A DNA stretch of 64,000 nucleotides, taken from assembly GCA_027604505.1 (NCBI GenBank), contig JADIIX010000015.1, forward strand, positions 62,001 through 126,000, in the 5' to 3' direction. Within the stretch, counting starts at the first letter, position 1; each line of letters begins with the position of its first letter. The notes beneath the pieces are model-generated. The model was given only the letters and a program-made list of their open reading frames with translations, ran no database searches and had not been told where the DNA came from. The stretch is from Gonapodya sp. JEL0774 (Eukaryota). Shown here in pieces: positions 11,701 to 23,801 of the stretch. The translations under genes and the position numbers were made by a program.

Positions 11701-12626
11701 CACCACAAACTGAACGTCGCAACTACAACGAAACGAACGTCACATTTAAAACTCGGAACTGCACTGCGTATTTCCAACATGGGACTCGGCGTCCCACCTA
11801 TTCCACTCCTTGTCTAGGCCACCCCTCTGGTCGTCGATTCCGTTCCGCCGGTGAATTCGCGATCCACGTCATGTGGCTCTACCTGAGCGCCGTCGAAAAA
11901 TCCCGTCACGAGGCTGCGTTGCGAGCCCGGCTTTCTCTCCCCCCCGACGCCCCGATCCCTGACGCCGAGACAGACAAGGATCCGTGGCAACCCGACCACG
12001 CCAAATGCGCGTGCGTGTGCTGCGTGCCGTGGGTCGCGGAGATGGAGCGTGAGCGAGGCGGCGGTGTGAGTGGCGGGAGTGGCGGGCTGGTGGGTGGTGA
12101 CGGAGCGCGCAGCAGGCTCGGTATGCAAGGGAGGGGTCGAGGGTTCCCCAAAGGGGTCAAGGTTGAAGGGGCGGGGATGGTTCCGGTTGTGGTGGAGGCG
12201 GTGGGGTTGGGGATGGGGAAGAGGAGGGGGAGTAAGAGGGTGGTGATCAAAGAGAGGGGCGTGTTTGAACACAGGGATGTAAATGAGGGGGATGAGAAAG
12301 AGCAGGTGGGTTTGGGGGGGGCGGGGGTCCAGGGGGGTTGCGATGTTGTTGCGAGTGTGTGAGAGCCATGGTGTAACGTGCCCCTTTCTTGTTCACGCGT
12401 TCCCACCAACGCATGGTACACGGTTGTTCAACCTCCACCACCCGTCCACTTGGGTGTCCCACGTCTTTACCCTCTCTCCACCACTCCGACGTCTTTGCCT
12501 CTGGCGACCATGTCGCACCCATCCATCATCCCTCACATGCGTATTTTTTGCGTGCAGGCCGTCCGGCAAAGGAGGGCGAAAGTTATGCGGTATTTGGGAC
12601 TCTGTATGCCTGTAGAAGAGATTTGA
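8738..12626 (+). CDS. Low-complexity (Q/H/P/G-rich) nuclear protein with a Clr2 (cryptic loci regulator 2) N-terminal-type domain, about 5 exons
   Basis: Splicing across introns ~9483-9641, ~10646-10923, ~11564-11817 and ~12306-12558 gives LPQGYSLW...RSDVFLYG|HPSGRRFRSAGEFAIHVMWL...CACVCC, the LP.GY.L / D.YLYGHP...FRS..EF..H..WL / CxCxxC signature of fungal Clr2-like proteins. Start codon uncertain. Confidence 0.75.
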
Positions 12627-12809
12627 AGTGTGGATGTGGTGTGGTGGACGAGGGTTGGATAAGTCGGTTTGTGGTCGAGGGCAAGAATACGGTAACAAGA
12701 GAGGGACAGTAGTGTACAGGTTGGTGGACTAAGAGAGAAAATAATTTCACATGCGCGTGGGGGTGAAACAGCAGGATTCGGACAGGATGATGGGATTTCA
12801 TGCTCAACA

Positions 12810-13816
12810 ATGACAATCACCGTGGGAACGTGTCACCGCGACGTCTTGTTGGAGCTATATGTTGCTTCTGTCCACTATCTCTGCATTCTGGTAGGCTTGG
12901 ACGACACCAATGCACAATTTATTTTGAAAGTGTACAACCTTGGTACGGTGCGCGATCATGACAAGGTCCTAAACTCCAAAACTAGGAGACTCGCCAAGGT
13001 CGTACACTCGGAGAATGAATTGTCAGTCGAGCAGCGAGTTGCTCACCAAAATTGACAACGATGTGAACGACTGGGATGAAGGAGCGTGATGTGAGAAAAA
13101 CAGAGTGGACGCTCGCGAGAGAGCTGCAAGCAATTATGAACAGACGCAAGAAGAATCCTGTGGCTAATGTGTTGCACTTTCCAGAAGACGAGAGCGCAAA
13201 GCACATTGGTCACGGGATCGTCAATCTTGCACTTTACGTTGTGACGGGCGAATGAACCAAACGCTCCACTCAGCAGAGACAGACTGCAGGAGGTGACGGC
13301 AGGGGGTGCAAGTCCAACAATAAGGTCGGTACTGTCCATCTCTCGCTTGGCATATCGGAAGCCAAAGTTTCGTAGTGTGATCCGAGGTTTCAAGCGAGAG
13401 ATTGCAACAAGTGTGTGGGTGCAGGAGTGAGAAACTAGAAGACGGTACGGCAGCTCGTCAGAAGGGAGCAGGCACTCACGAACAGAATGACCAAGGATCC
13501 CGAGATCCTTGTGTTCCACTTTTCAACAGACGAGCGCGCGACAGAGGATCTGGAGGCGTGGGGTTTCGGAAAAGCGGCTGACGATGCGCTCAAGAGGTAC
13601 AACGCAGCGAAGCGAGCACGCGAACAGGAGAGGAAAGAGAATGGGCTTGGGAGAGGGCGTGGGCGCGACGGTGGCAAGGGTGAAAAAGGTGCGCGGGTCG
13701 GTGCGGAATCACGGGGGAAGGCCATTGTCAATGCGGAATCACGGGGGAAGGCCATTGTCAAACGCGGGTTGAGTGAAAAGTGTGACAATGTTGAGAAGAG
13801 GCAGAAGCAAGAGTAG
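12810..13816 (+). pseudogene. Possible degraded coding relic (protein-like segments broken by stops and frameshifts)
   Basis: Helical, protein-like peptides occur in successive frames (12810-13055; 13076-13255; a shifted frame ~13250-13430; 13487-13816) without convincing splice signals. No family recognised. Confidence 0.3.
13702..13761. repeat. Perfect 30-bp tandem duplication
   Basis: tgcggaatcacgggggaaggccattgtcaa occurs twice in tandem. Confidence 0.95.
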
Positions 13817-14240
13817 AAGGCGGAGAAGGCAGAGGGAGATGACAGCCAGATCTGCCGTTGTGGCTGGATGGATTGATTGAGCGCGCAGCTGGCTGTTCCT
13901 TGTATTATTCGCTCGTCCCGTTACAATCCTTGGAATCGGACTGATTGTTGTTCTTATAACCGAACCCTCGTGGTTATCGCTTGAGTGTATTGGCACATAC
14001 GTAATTTGTATGTCTTTCCGGTGCTGAAATTTTCATTGTGCGAGGAGACGAGAATCGATGGCGGCAGTCAATGTGTTCTGTAATGTGTTGTCGGGGCACT
14101 TGGGGTGCACAACAAAACTGTTACCAACAAAAAAACGATCAAACCCCTCCAATCCACTCCGGACCACCGCCGTTCGACTGGGAATCGTTAAAATAAATAT
14201 TTCCTCGTGTTGAAAAGTCAAAAAAATGAACTTTGTGGCC

Positions 14241-14321
14241 TGCAACGGCCGGGAATCGAACCCGGGTCTGGCCCGAACTGCTGCTTGGCAGGGGCCAATT
14301 CTACCACTAGACCACCGTTGC
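14241..14321 (-). tRNA. tRNA-Gly(GCC) with a 10-nt intron
   Basis: Reverse complement: GCAACGG TG GTCTAGTGGTAGAATT GGCCC CT GCC A [AGCAGCAGTT] C GGGCC AGAC CCGGG TTCGATT CCCGG CCGTTGC A. Acceptor, anticodon and T stems pair. The intron (14276-14285) is at the canonical 37/38 position. A T-run terminator lies about 15 nt downstream. Confidence 0.95.
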
Positions 14322-15050
14322 TTTGTTTTGTTGGGGCCCTTGTGGAATAAGATAATATTTTTATTTGGTATGTATAATGCATTAACACGCTTCAGGTGTT
14401 TGTTGTGATATTGGGTGAGGTCAAGTGAGCAGTGGTGACGCACCGCGGATGTGGGAACATGAAACTTAAACCAGGGAATGAACTGCCGTCAACCGTCAAC
14501 AGGAACATGAATAGATCCACGGCAGAGATTAGTGGGGGACGCCGTTAACCAGGTAAGTGATATGAGAAGGTCGCTACAAACGCTTCTCATGACAAAGTTA
14601 TTGCCGTTCATTAAAACTTCCGTACCGCTCATGAGAGCGCCAATTCACTTTAGCTTGGTTGAGCTCTAACACGCGAGACATTCACGAAAAGAGGAGGACG
14701 GGTGACGCCTGGTCGTTTCAACTGATCATCGAGGACACTCGTCAGCTAGAATTTCCGAAATCCATGTATCTGACGTGGCGTTTCATGATGTCGAGATCAC
14801 ATCTGCTACCTATACTGGGAACGTCATGTTACCGTACTATGTAAGCGATTGACAGAGAGGGCACCGCCAAACCGACGCCGTCGACCTCGCATGGTGAAAC
14901 ACAATACATCAAAAATTTGGCTGGTCCACACGCATGTAACGCGCTCATTGCTGCACCGGGGAAGAAGGCGTGTTGATACCTCTTGTGCTTTGGTCCCTGT
15001 CATTCACTATAGTCAGACAGCACACGATTCGTCAATCAGTCATACCCATA

Positions 15051-17387
15051 ATGTCCTGGCTTTTCACGAAACCACCACCTAACCCTCCTGCGCGGCCTCC
15101 ACCACCGATATATCCCTTTTTTACAAGGACAGAAGATACGGAAGGAGAGAGATTGTTGGGATTCTACAGAGTTGAGGGGGTAATAGGTGAGGAATCGGCA
15201 GGCTTGAGCTTTCAAGACGAATTCAGAAGGGATCTTGAGATAGTTGTGGTTGTGCTTGCACGGATTTTCGGTGCGAATCGGGTTAATTTGCTGGAACCAT
15301 GATCGAATGAGGTACTGGCGAGACTGTGGGGGACTTTACTCGATCTGACTTCCTCCCACTCGTAGCTACCACTCCACACTCCACTGTCTCCCGTGCAGTT
15401 CATCTCCCTACATCGACGCCTGTTGCTATAAAGGCAGTGGCAAAGTCCTCCTTGAATCCCAGAGACTTTCTCTGGAGCAGCAAAAAACACAAATGGCTGT
15501 ACAAGGAGGAAGCAATTTTTCGCGTTTTGGGGCTCGGTGAGGAGTGGGATGATTCGAAGGGTGAGTCTTAATGAGTTCCGTTTGGTTTAGTGCGCATGTT
15601 TCACGAGGTGACCGTCCGCACTCTTAACCTCCCCCGTCTTCCCATTCCTCCAGGCTGGTCCCCACCCACTTACTCTTTGCCCTCTCGAGCTTCCTTGTCA
15701 ACCATATCTACACTTGGACGGAGGCCGAACCGTCGACATCCGAACCTGCCCCCCTTTCTCACCACCTTCGCCACCACACGCCATATCAATATGGTCTTTG
15801 CATTAGCAAGCACCGACTTGTTTGACGTGGTGGATGGCAATGCAATCGTGTCGACTAGACAACAGGAACAGGGCTTTCAGATTGGAATGGACGAAGGGTT
15901 TGCGGCAGAGGTTGTTGCCAGGCTCTGTAGTGTCGTATCGTGGTGCTGGAAGAGAGGAGTTGTTCATCGAGGTGAGTATGGTACAAAAAATGACCTTCAA
16001 AGACTAACCTTGAAGCTTATGTATCACAGATATCAAACTGGAGAATATACTCTTCCTCCATCCCCGCCCCACCCCTCCCGTTCAGCCGGAGTCTGCAGCC
16101 CCTTTTCTTTCTTCCCTATTCTTGTCCGACTTTGGTCTAGCCGCGCTCATCCCTTCCACTGTCGTTCCACATACTTCAAAAGCCCAGTCGGTAACCGAGC
16201 TGTCCCAAACGACCCTTTCCTTTATCACACCTTACGCTGGACGACTTGCCCCATCTGCTTATGATACTCCCCCACCGAGCCCTACCGGTGACCTGTCTGA
16301 GGAGGCGATGCTTCGCGGTGCAGTTGGATCTCCTCACTTTGCGGCTCCCGAGGTTGTGCATTCCCCGATGGGGTATACAAAACAAGTGGATGCGTGGAGT
16401 ATAGGCGTAGTTGCTTACATGTGTGTGGGAGGTGGATACTGCTGGCCTTTCGGGGAACTCTCGGAGAAGCAATTGGTGCCGGAGGAGTCAAAATTGGCGC
16501 AAGGGGCCGAGTGAGTTGATCTGTTTGCGTTGGCCGAACTCAGTCTACATGGCCATTTTTACTATTTTCCCACTTATCCGCCAAGCTTCACCCACCCTTC
16601 CCTCTCCTCCACCTCACCCAACTTCCAACGGTTCGTAAACTCCCTTTTGCACCCCGACCCTTCCCTTCGTCTTACTCCTCGCGCCGCTCTGGATCATGAC
16701 TGGATTCGCACGATGGTCGAGGACGATGTTCGCATGGACTTGATTGGCTGGTCGGAGGGCCGTGACCCTGATGACTGGGACGGAGATGACGAGGAGACTG
16801 ACAGGGTGTCGGATGTTGGGGTTTTAGATGATATGACGGGATTGGTGAGAAGGAGAAGTAGGGGCGAAGGTGTTTCCAGCATTGGTGGGTTTGGTCGTGA
16901 GCGAAGACCCGTCAAGGACACTTGCTAATGGCATCTTATAGAGCTTCCACGGCCCTTGGTTTCCAAGCGACGCATAATCTCTGGGCAGCACCCTGGAGCG
17001 TGGAGACTTGCTGTTGGGTTCCTCCTGGTGGGAATCCTTCTGGAGTTGCTCATAGTCATTATGGATTTCCTGGACCTTGGGTCTGGAAATCCAGGTGACG
17101 AGGGTCAGGAATTTTGGAAGGCGATTAGGGCGAGTAGGATCGCTCTTGTGTTGGGAGGATTAGTATGCATTGTTCTGGGAGTGCTGTGAACTCTCTTCTC
17201 CTGCTAATGAATGTTCCTCTCCTTGACACAGTTCGTGCTCGCAATTGGGGCCACTTTTTTTGTATTATCGTTTCGGTCCTCCCGGCGTATGTTTTCCCGC
17301 GTGTCCTTGGATTGCAGAGGAGTGCAGTCAAGCGAGGCGGATGCTCCTTTGCTGGGCAGGAATGGGGACAGATACGGAGGTTTCTAA
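15051..17387 (+). CDS. CAMK-like Ser/Thr protein kinase with a degenerate Gly-rich loop and two predicted C-terminal TM helices
   Basis: Motifs VAIK, HR|DIKLEN, DFG, GSPHFAAPE, DAWSIGV and PSLRLTPRAALDHDW. Introns 16897-16941 and 17163-17231 join two hydrophobic segments; stop at 17385-17387. The unspliced form ends at 16928. Confidence 0.8.
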
Positions 17388-17676
17388 TTGGCAAATGTCA
17401 TAAGAATTTTTCCTGCAATCCTGGGCAATTGTGGCTTTGAGTGCATGCTACTGTCAAACTGACAAAACTTCTTGGCATCCATCTTTGTTGATAATAGCGC
17501 GGGATTTGTATATAGTCACTTTATCGCAATTACGACCCTCCTTGTGGAATAAACTTCCGCTGCGTCACGGTTCGTGGTGGTTGGTCGCGTTTTACGCAGC
17601 TCTATGGATGTGGCGGAACAGTCACCTGCTTATCCACCCATGAACATCCCTGGTGTGCTGACCCAGGAAAAGTTCG

Positions 17677-20497
17677 ATGGGGAATCAACTTTCCGGGGTT
17701 TCTATGACAAAGCAGACGACCAGTGACGCTGATGAGCGCTTGGCATACTCGGCAAGCTGTATGCAGGGTTGGCGACCGTACAGTGAGTGGGTTGGGGTGG
17801 GCTCTACTCCGACAGACAACTCGCGAAGAATACGAGCGACAGATGAATGAGCCGATGGCAAGTTTGTAACTACTTCACACATCTTTGTTTTCTATGCTCT
17901 TCCTTGTCCACCGATCACTCCAACCACAAATCATGGGCCGATGATCTCCCATTCTCGTGGCGTGGAACCTCCCTCACTTCAACATGATCGTATCACCACA
18001 TTGCAGTGGAGGATTTTCACACCGCTGTCCTGCGTATGCCTAATGTTGCTTTCCCCCAGCACTGCCCCCATCCTTTTGTGTGCACTTTCTCCGGAATCCC
18101 CGATGATGCTCTGGAAGCTTTTCAGGAGTTTATGTCCTCGAACGAAAATGGTCCTCGCTCGAACGCTGTATCATTAACACAAGCGAGCAGTGGCTCTTAC
18201 GGAGTTCCGTTCCGAAAAACGGTCTCAGGGCGCTCAGCTGTCACCATCAACTCACTGCTCACAGAGGATACCCTAGCAGAATCTCAATTACCGCGGGCAT
18301 CCCCAGCGAACTCGCGATCTAATCTTGCTGCAGAGGTTGATGATTCTTCACTATCTGGAGATCCAAACCCTCCTGGGGATGGTGTTGACATGACTGTCAA
18401 CACCAACGGCAGCATGGATTCTCCTCGCACATCTGCTTCCACACCCTTCACCATTCCTAAAAAGCACAAATCCCGTTTGCACCCAAGTGAGTGTGACTGA
18501 CGTGGAAATGTCCGGTCAGCCGTCATGTGCGTGCATGACCTTAGGCATAACTACCCCAATATCGCAAATATCGCAGTTGTGAAACGGAAGTTTCGGTAGT
18601 GGCGGCTTTTGTTCTGACCCTTGATTTCACCGATCCCCCAACATTTCAGCCCCCTACATCTTCACGGCGCCACTCTTCCCTTCTAACGAGCACCACTCTT
18701 TCTTCATTGTCTCTGATGGTCACCGCGGCAACCGCGTCGCGCACTACCTCTCCCGGAGAATCCACTGGCGAGTTGCGAGTATGGACGAATTCGAACGTGG
18801 AGAGTATGGCGAGGCACTTAGACTGGGGTTCATGGCGGTTGAACAAGAATTGCATAAAGGTGCGTCAAAGGACAGCGATCTCGGGGATGAAAACACAATT
18901 TTCCTGGAGCCAATTTGTCTTGCTGAAGTGGGAAATTAAGATGCACCGTTTCCAATCTCTTGCAACATTGACTGTGGCGAAATACAGACAGCTTTAATGT
19001 TATTGATGGTCCTCATATGTTCTCCCCCTTTCAGCCTATTCTACCGTCCTCCGTGGGAAGGAGCCAGCTGGCTCTACTTGCTGTGCCGCACTCATCACCG
19101 ATGATCGACAACTCTTTGTAGCGAACGTGGGGGATTCAAGAGCAGTTCTGTCATGTGCAGGAGTGGCTGTCCCCATGAGTTTCGATCACAAGCCTAACAT
19201 TTTTGGTAAGTTCTCTCAGTAGGCTGAGATTATGACTCCTCATTGGGGGAAGTTTGGACGCCTCTTTAAAATCTTCCTGAAACCGTACGTGCGCTCAGAG
19301 GAGAGTCAACGTATCCATCGGGCGGGCTCTATGATAATAGATGGCCGCGTTCAAGGTGGGTTTTGTGGCTCTCGACCACATACTATTGGACGAACGACTG
19401 ACGAACAGTTCGTCCCCTTTCGTGACATTCGCGATGTACGGGAAGGTCGTCTCGCGACCTCGCGATCGTTCGGTGACTTTGATTTCAAGAGGAACCGGGA
19501 CCTGCCCCTTGAGGAGCAAGCCGTGACAGCAAAGCCCGAAGTTCTCCGGAAACAACTGATTGACGCAGACGAGTTCCTTGTCGTCTGCAGTGACGGTGCG
19601 TGTTTCGATTTTACACACCTTGCATGATCGGCAAATCTTCAGTGGATTGTCTCGGACCCAAGGTGTCTTCGATGTGCTCACCAGCGAGTCCATAATAATT
19701 TTCGTGAGATCCCGTATTGCAGCGGGGCTTCCCTTGCCTCGTATCTCTGAAGAGGTTTTGGACTACTGTGTTGCGGCCCGACCGTCGAGGGCCGATGTCT
19801 CGTAAGTTTTCGCCCGTTTTGAGAGTTCCTTGTAGTCGTTTTGCTTAGATTCGACGACTGGGGCCTTTTACACAAAAATCTTTTGAATTGCGCAAACCCC
19901 AAACGGGCTCGTTTCCACCGCAGCGCCTCCGCGGTTGGCGGTACGGACAACATGACGTGCATAATTGTTGCTTTTCTCTTTGGACGCTCATGGGAGGAAT
20001 TCGTGGATGAAATTCGAGCCCGATATGGCGCTGTGGACGCAGACCCCGTGGTGGAGATCGATCCCGCAACGGGGCAGCCACTTCCAACCCCCATTGGCTC
20101 GATACCGTCTCAGCTGCGTCCTGTTGAATTTGTTGCCATCAACCCTCGCCGCAAAACGGACCGGGAGGAGCGACCGATTCCATCGGGAGGTAGTCTCGGG
20201 TGCTGTGGGATCCCATCGTCGGAAGACGATGTAATCGCACCTCACGAACCTCTACCAGCTGGCGTGGCGGACGTGACCGAAGAAAACCACCTGCACGAAA
20301 GTGAGAAGGTGGCCTCGCCTACTGGAGCAAACGGTGCCACCATTGCTTCTACGAACGGGACTGCAAATGGTCACCATATTGCCCCCCCACCTCCGATGTC
20401 TATGGTGGTACCAATAGTTGCGCAAGCGATGGATACAAGTGCGGACGTGATGCTGACGTCTGAAAAGCCTGTTAAGCTGGTGACTGTGGCTGCATGA
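17677..20497 (+). CDS. Protein phosphatase 2C (Ptc2/Ptc3-like), multi-exon
   Basis: MGNQLS...[63 protein letters not shown]. The N-terminal MGxxxS is myristoylation-like. Confidence 0.92.
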
Positions 20498-20786
20498 AAC
20501 ATCATTATGGAAGCGGGATGAGCTGTGACTGACCCCATGTTGCGGGTGTGACTTTGCAGAACTTAGCACGCTCAGTGTAAATGATGGTGCATTACTGTAG
20601 GCTGGAGTGAAGGCCTAATGGAAACGCAAAACTGGATTTAGGACAGCGGTGCTTCGTCGTAGACGTACTAGTATCGAACTTTGGCTCTGCCAGTAGTCAG
20701 TACCCACTTTTATTTAGACTAAATATGTGATAGAATCATTTCCTAAGTAATGTGGAATATTCATGGATCCTCAACTTGTGATCAGC

Positions 20787-23360
20787 CTACCCTAATTTCG
20801 CAACAGGACTGTCTTTTGCGACCCTGTTCACCAGTCTCTTCATTCCCGCAGCTCGCCTCTGCACCTGCATCACCTTCTGCGATCCGATTTTTTTCTCTAA
20901 CTCAGGCAACCGAGCTTTCCTCACCTCCTCATTAACACCCTCAACACACTCCCTCAGTCCTGCGAGCGCATCCAGGACCTTTTCCAAATTCTGCCACCTC
21001 GTCCAGGCTGTACCTATGGCCTCCCCAAGCTCTCGCGCACACTCGTCCTCAGCGGCTAACGGAGGGCGAAGTGCAAGCAGACGCCGGGAAGGAGCACACA
21101 GATGTCGGTTGTGAGCGGCGAAGAAGGACGCTAGAGACTTTGATAGGCGAGCAGAAGCGTCAGTGCAGAGGCGCGCAGATGTCATAGTCGGGTGAGAATG
21201 TGCGGGAATGGGGGTGGGAAGGAGATAGAGCGGAATTGCCGCGAGAGTGGAATCAAGTGGTTGGGTGGGATTTTGGGCATGGAGAGCGGCGACAGCCGCC
21301 GATGAAAGCTGCAAATCATGCGTTCTTTGTCACTGTCCACGCACTCGAAAGGGTCCATACTAGCTTACCTTGCTTTTAAGGTTTGTAATCTCCCTCTCCC
21401 AACCTTCACATGTCACCCTCCGTTCGAGCAGCTCTCGTCTCAGGTTCTCCACCATATCCACAACATCGCCCTCAGGTGTCGAACTTGGACGCTCTACACC
21501 AGATACCATACGCCTCCTCTCGACTTCAACCTTCATCCCGCCACACAAGAGCTCTTTCTTTTCCGCGAAAAGTCCGTCTAGAGTCGTGCGTGTAACAACC
21601 GTCCGGAAGAGGACGTCGTCGTCCTGTGGGGGTTTTGAGGATGCTGTCAAAAGGGACACGAGGGACAAGAGTCGATAAAGGGTTACGTAAAAGGTGCTGG
21701 AAGAGCTAGCAAAAGGGGGAAGTTGTGTTGCGGAAGCGGTTGTTGAGCGAGATGTTGAGGAAGCATACACCCCGAGGAGTGCAAGGTTGCTTGTAAGGGC
21801 TGATGAGGTGTGCAAGCAGAGTGAAAAGTGGCAAGATAACACCGGAAGGTATGAAAAACAGACCATGAGATGTGTGGAATTCCAGAACGCTCTTCGAACG
21901 TACCTTTCGCGCGAGCGATCAGTCGTGTTGACGGATCATCGCTGGCCACTTGTGAATGGGTTGGGTAAGGAGGCGTGGATGAGAGTAAAGTGAACACCCT
22001 TTAACAGAAGTGGGGGATGACAAAACACAGCCGAGGTGAAATGGTATGAGTATATTGTTTTAGCAAGCTATGCTCAGAATGACATCGGAAAGTGAAGTAC
22101 ACCTGCACCTCACAACCAACAGCTCTTCGACTCTCCAATAAGGATCACTCACCGAGATACGCCCCACTCCCCCACATCGCACCGCATGGATGGGTCTTGA
22201 GCTAGTCGGGGGTCACGACGCATGCTTGGAGTGAGAGGCGCCCCCAAAGATTGGAGAAGAAGAGAGAGTGATGAGATGAGGCGGGGTTCAGTTGGGTTTA
22301 GAGAGGATTTGAAGACGGGATGGATGGTGCGGGACGTTGATGCCAGGGGTGCGTTGGCAGTCGAGCTGGGGTGTGGGCCGGGTTTGATTTCAGTGGCAAG
22401 AAGAGGTGTGCGAGGCTTAGGCAATGGTGACGGTGTCGTGGTAGGGGGAAGTACTGCAGAAGGAGGGTTGGGAAGGGTTTCCTCCAGGGACGACGCCTGC
22501 GTTGCCGAGACCAGGGGTGCTCGATAGTATTCTAATCACGGAACCGAGTAAGAGAATGATTGTTAGCTCACCTCTAAGCGCACTCGTGGCTCCAGTGTTG
22601 CCGAGGGATTTGACGTCGTGGCTCCCTTTATTCTCAGTGATAGTCCCGATGATACGGTGTTTTCAGCAGCCGAGCTCGAAATAGCAGGATCCCTGGTTCG
22701 GTCGATTTGCGCATTAGCAACATCTCTTCTCGTTGCAGAAGCCAGCGGAGCAGAAGTCCCTTCTTCAGGTGCTCTTCGGAGGGGATCTCGAGCCTGAACC
22801 GTCGGTACTGCTCGCCCGTGGTCTGAAATCGAAGTGAGCACGGTCGATTGCCCAACGAGCAATCTCTCTGTGTTCCGTGCTTTCGATGCCGATGGGAGCG
22901 TAGTCGTGCGGGGCAGAGTCCTGCCAGTAGGTGATGATCGATGCGAGGCAATGAGAGATGATGGGGCCGAGCTTGGCTTAAGTGGGGCTGCAATCTTGAC
23001 AAAAAGTTTCCTTTCAGTAACCGCCGGAGCGGAGGAGCGGTATGGATTGGAACGGGTTGTAGCAGTATGGTTCTTCATGGAATTCTCCCGCGCAGACCCA
23101 TCGACGAGTCCAGACTTCTCTTTTACACCCGGTTTGTCCCTCTCACGGGCCATTCCTATTGCTGTTCTCGTCAATGTCCCTGTTTTTCCCCTGATTTCCA
23201 CCCTTTTGCCTCCAGCTGACGCCTCGTTTGCAGCTGCACCATCCATTCTCGCTCGGATTGCACCGATGCTCCTCGCGGACGCTCCCGTGCCCAATATTTC
23301 GACTGCTGACGATGGCCGGCCGGCCCCGATATTTGGGCGCGCTGCGGGCGTGGCCTTCAT
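20787..23360 (-). CDS. Hypothetical multi-exon protein: disordered S/T/R-rich N-terminus, helical/coiled-coil C-terminus
   Basis: Minus-strand ORFs 22563-23420, 22149-22424, 21683-21997, 21360-21866 and 20787-21314 can be linked by GT-AG introns. Heptad-like segments occur (ENLRRELLERRVTCEGWEREITNLKSK). No family recognised. Confidence 0.55.
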
Positions 23361-23801
23361 GGTGTTGGAGATGGTATAGAATAGCGGCAGGTGCTCAGTC
23401 CAACTGGCCATTTGCTTCAAATTGGCAAGCCTCCAATTCCACGTTGAAGGAAAACCTCACCTCTCTTTTAACTCCAGTCGGTCATTTAGATTCTCCTAAA
23501 TGTGGATCAGATTGTTCTGAACATCAGGAACAGAACGTGATCTAGACTACACTCATTAAAGTACATCTCATCTAGTCAGAATTCTCGCTTCAAGGAAAAA
23601 CACCAAGGAAACCATACTGGAGCTATAGAACGAGACGGCTATAGGTTTTTTGACGTAATATTTCTGATCCCCTCTGAGGCCACGACGAGAGGCCCGGCAG
23701 TGCGCCACCCGTAGCTCATCTTTTCATCTCTCAGAAACCTGACCACCTCGCGCACCAATCCTTACCCATCCAAGCTCACAAGCACAATCCAGCAGCTCAG
23801 C

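Noticed and set aside
8399..12421. Many long overlapping and antisense ORFs in the GC-rich block
   Set aside because: Stop-codon scarcity in GC-rich low-complexity sequence explains them, and one spliced + strand gene accounts for the conserved motifs.
13253..13255. In-frame TGA as a possible selenocysteine codon (some early-diverging fungi use Sec)
   Set aside because: The same frame also has TAG stops, and I see no redox motif or supportable SECIS element.
20787..23360. Possible augmin/HAUS or other spindle protein identity for the coiled-coil gene
   Set aside because: The resemblance is only general; no diagnostic motif is recognisable without a profile search.
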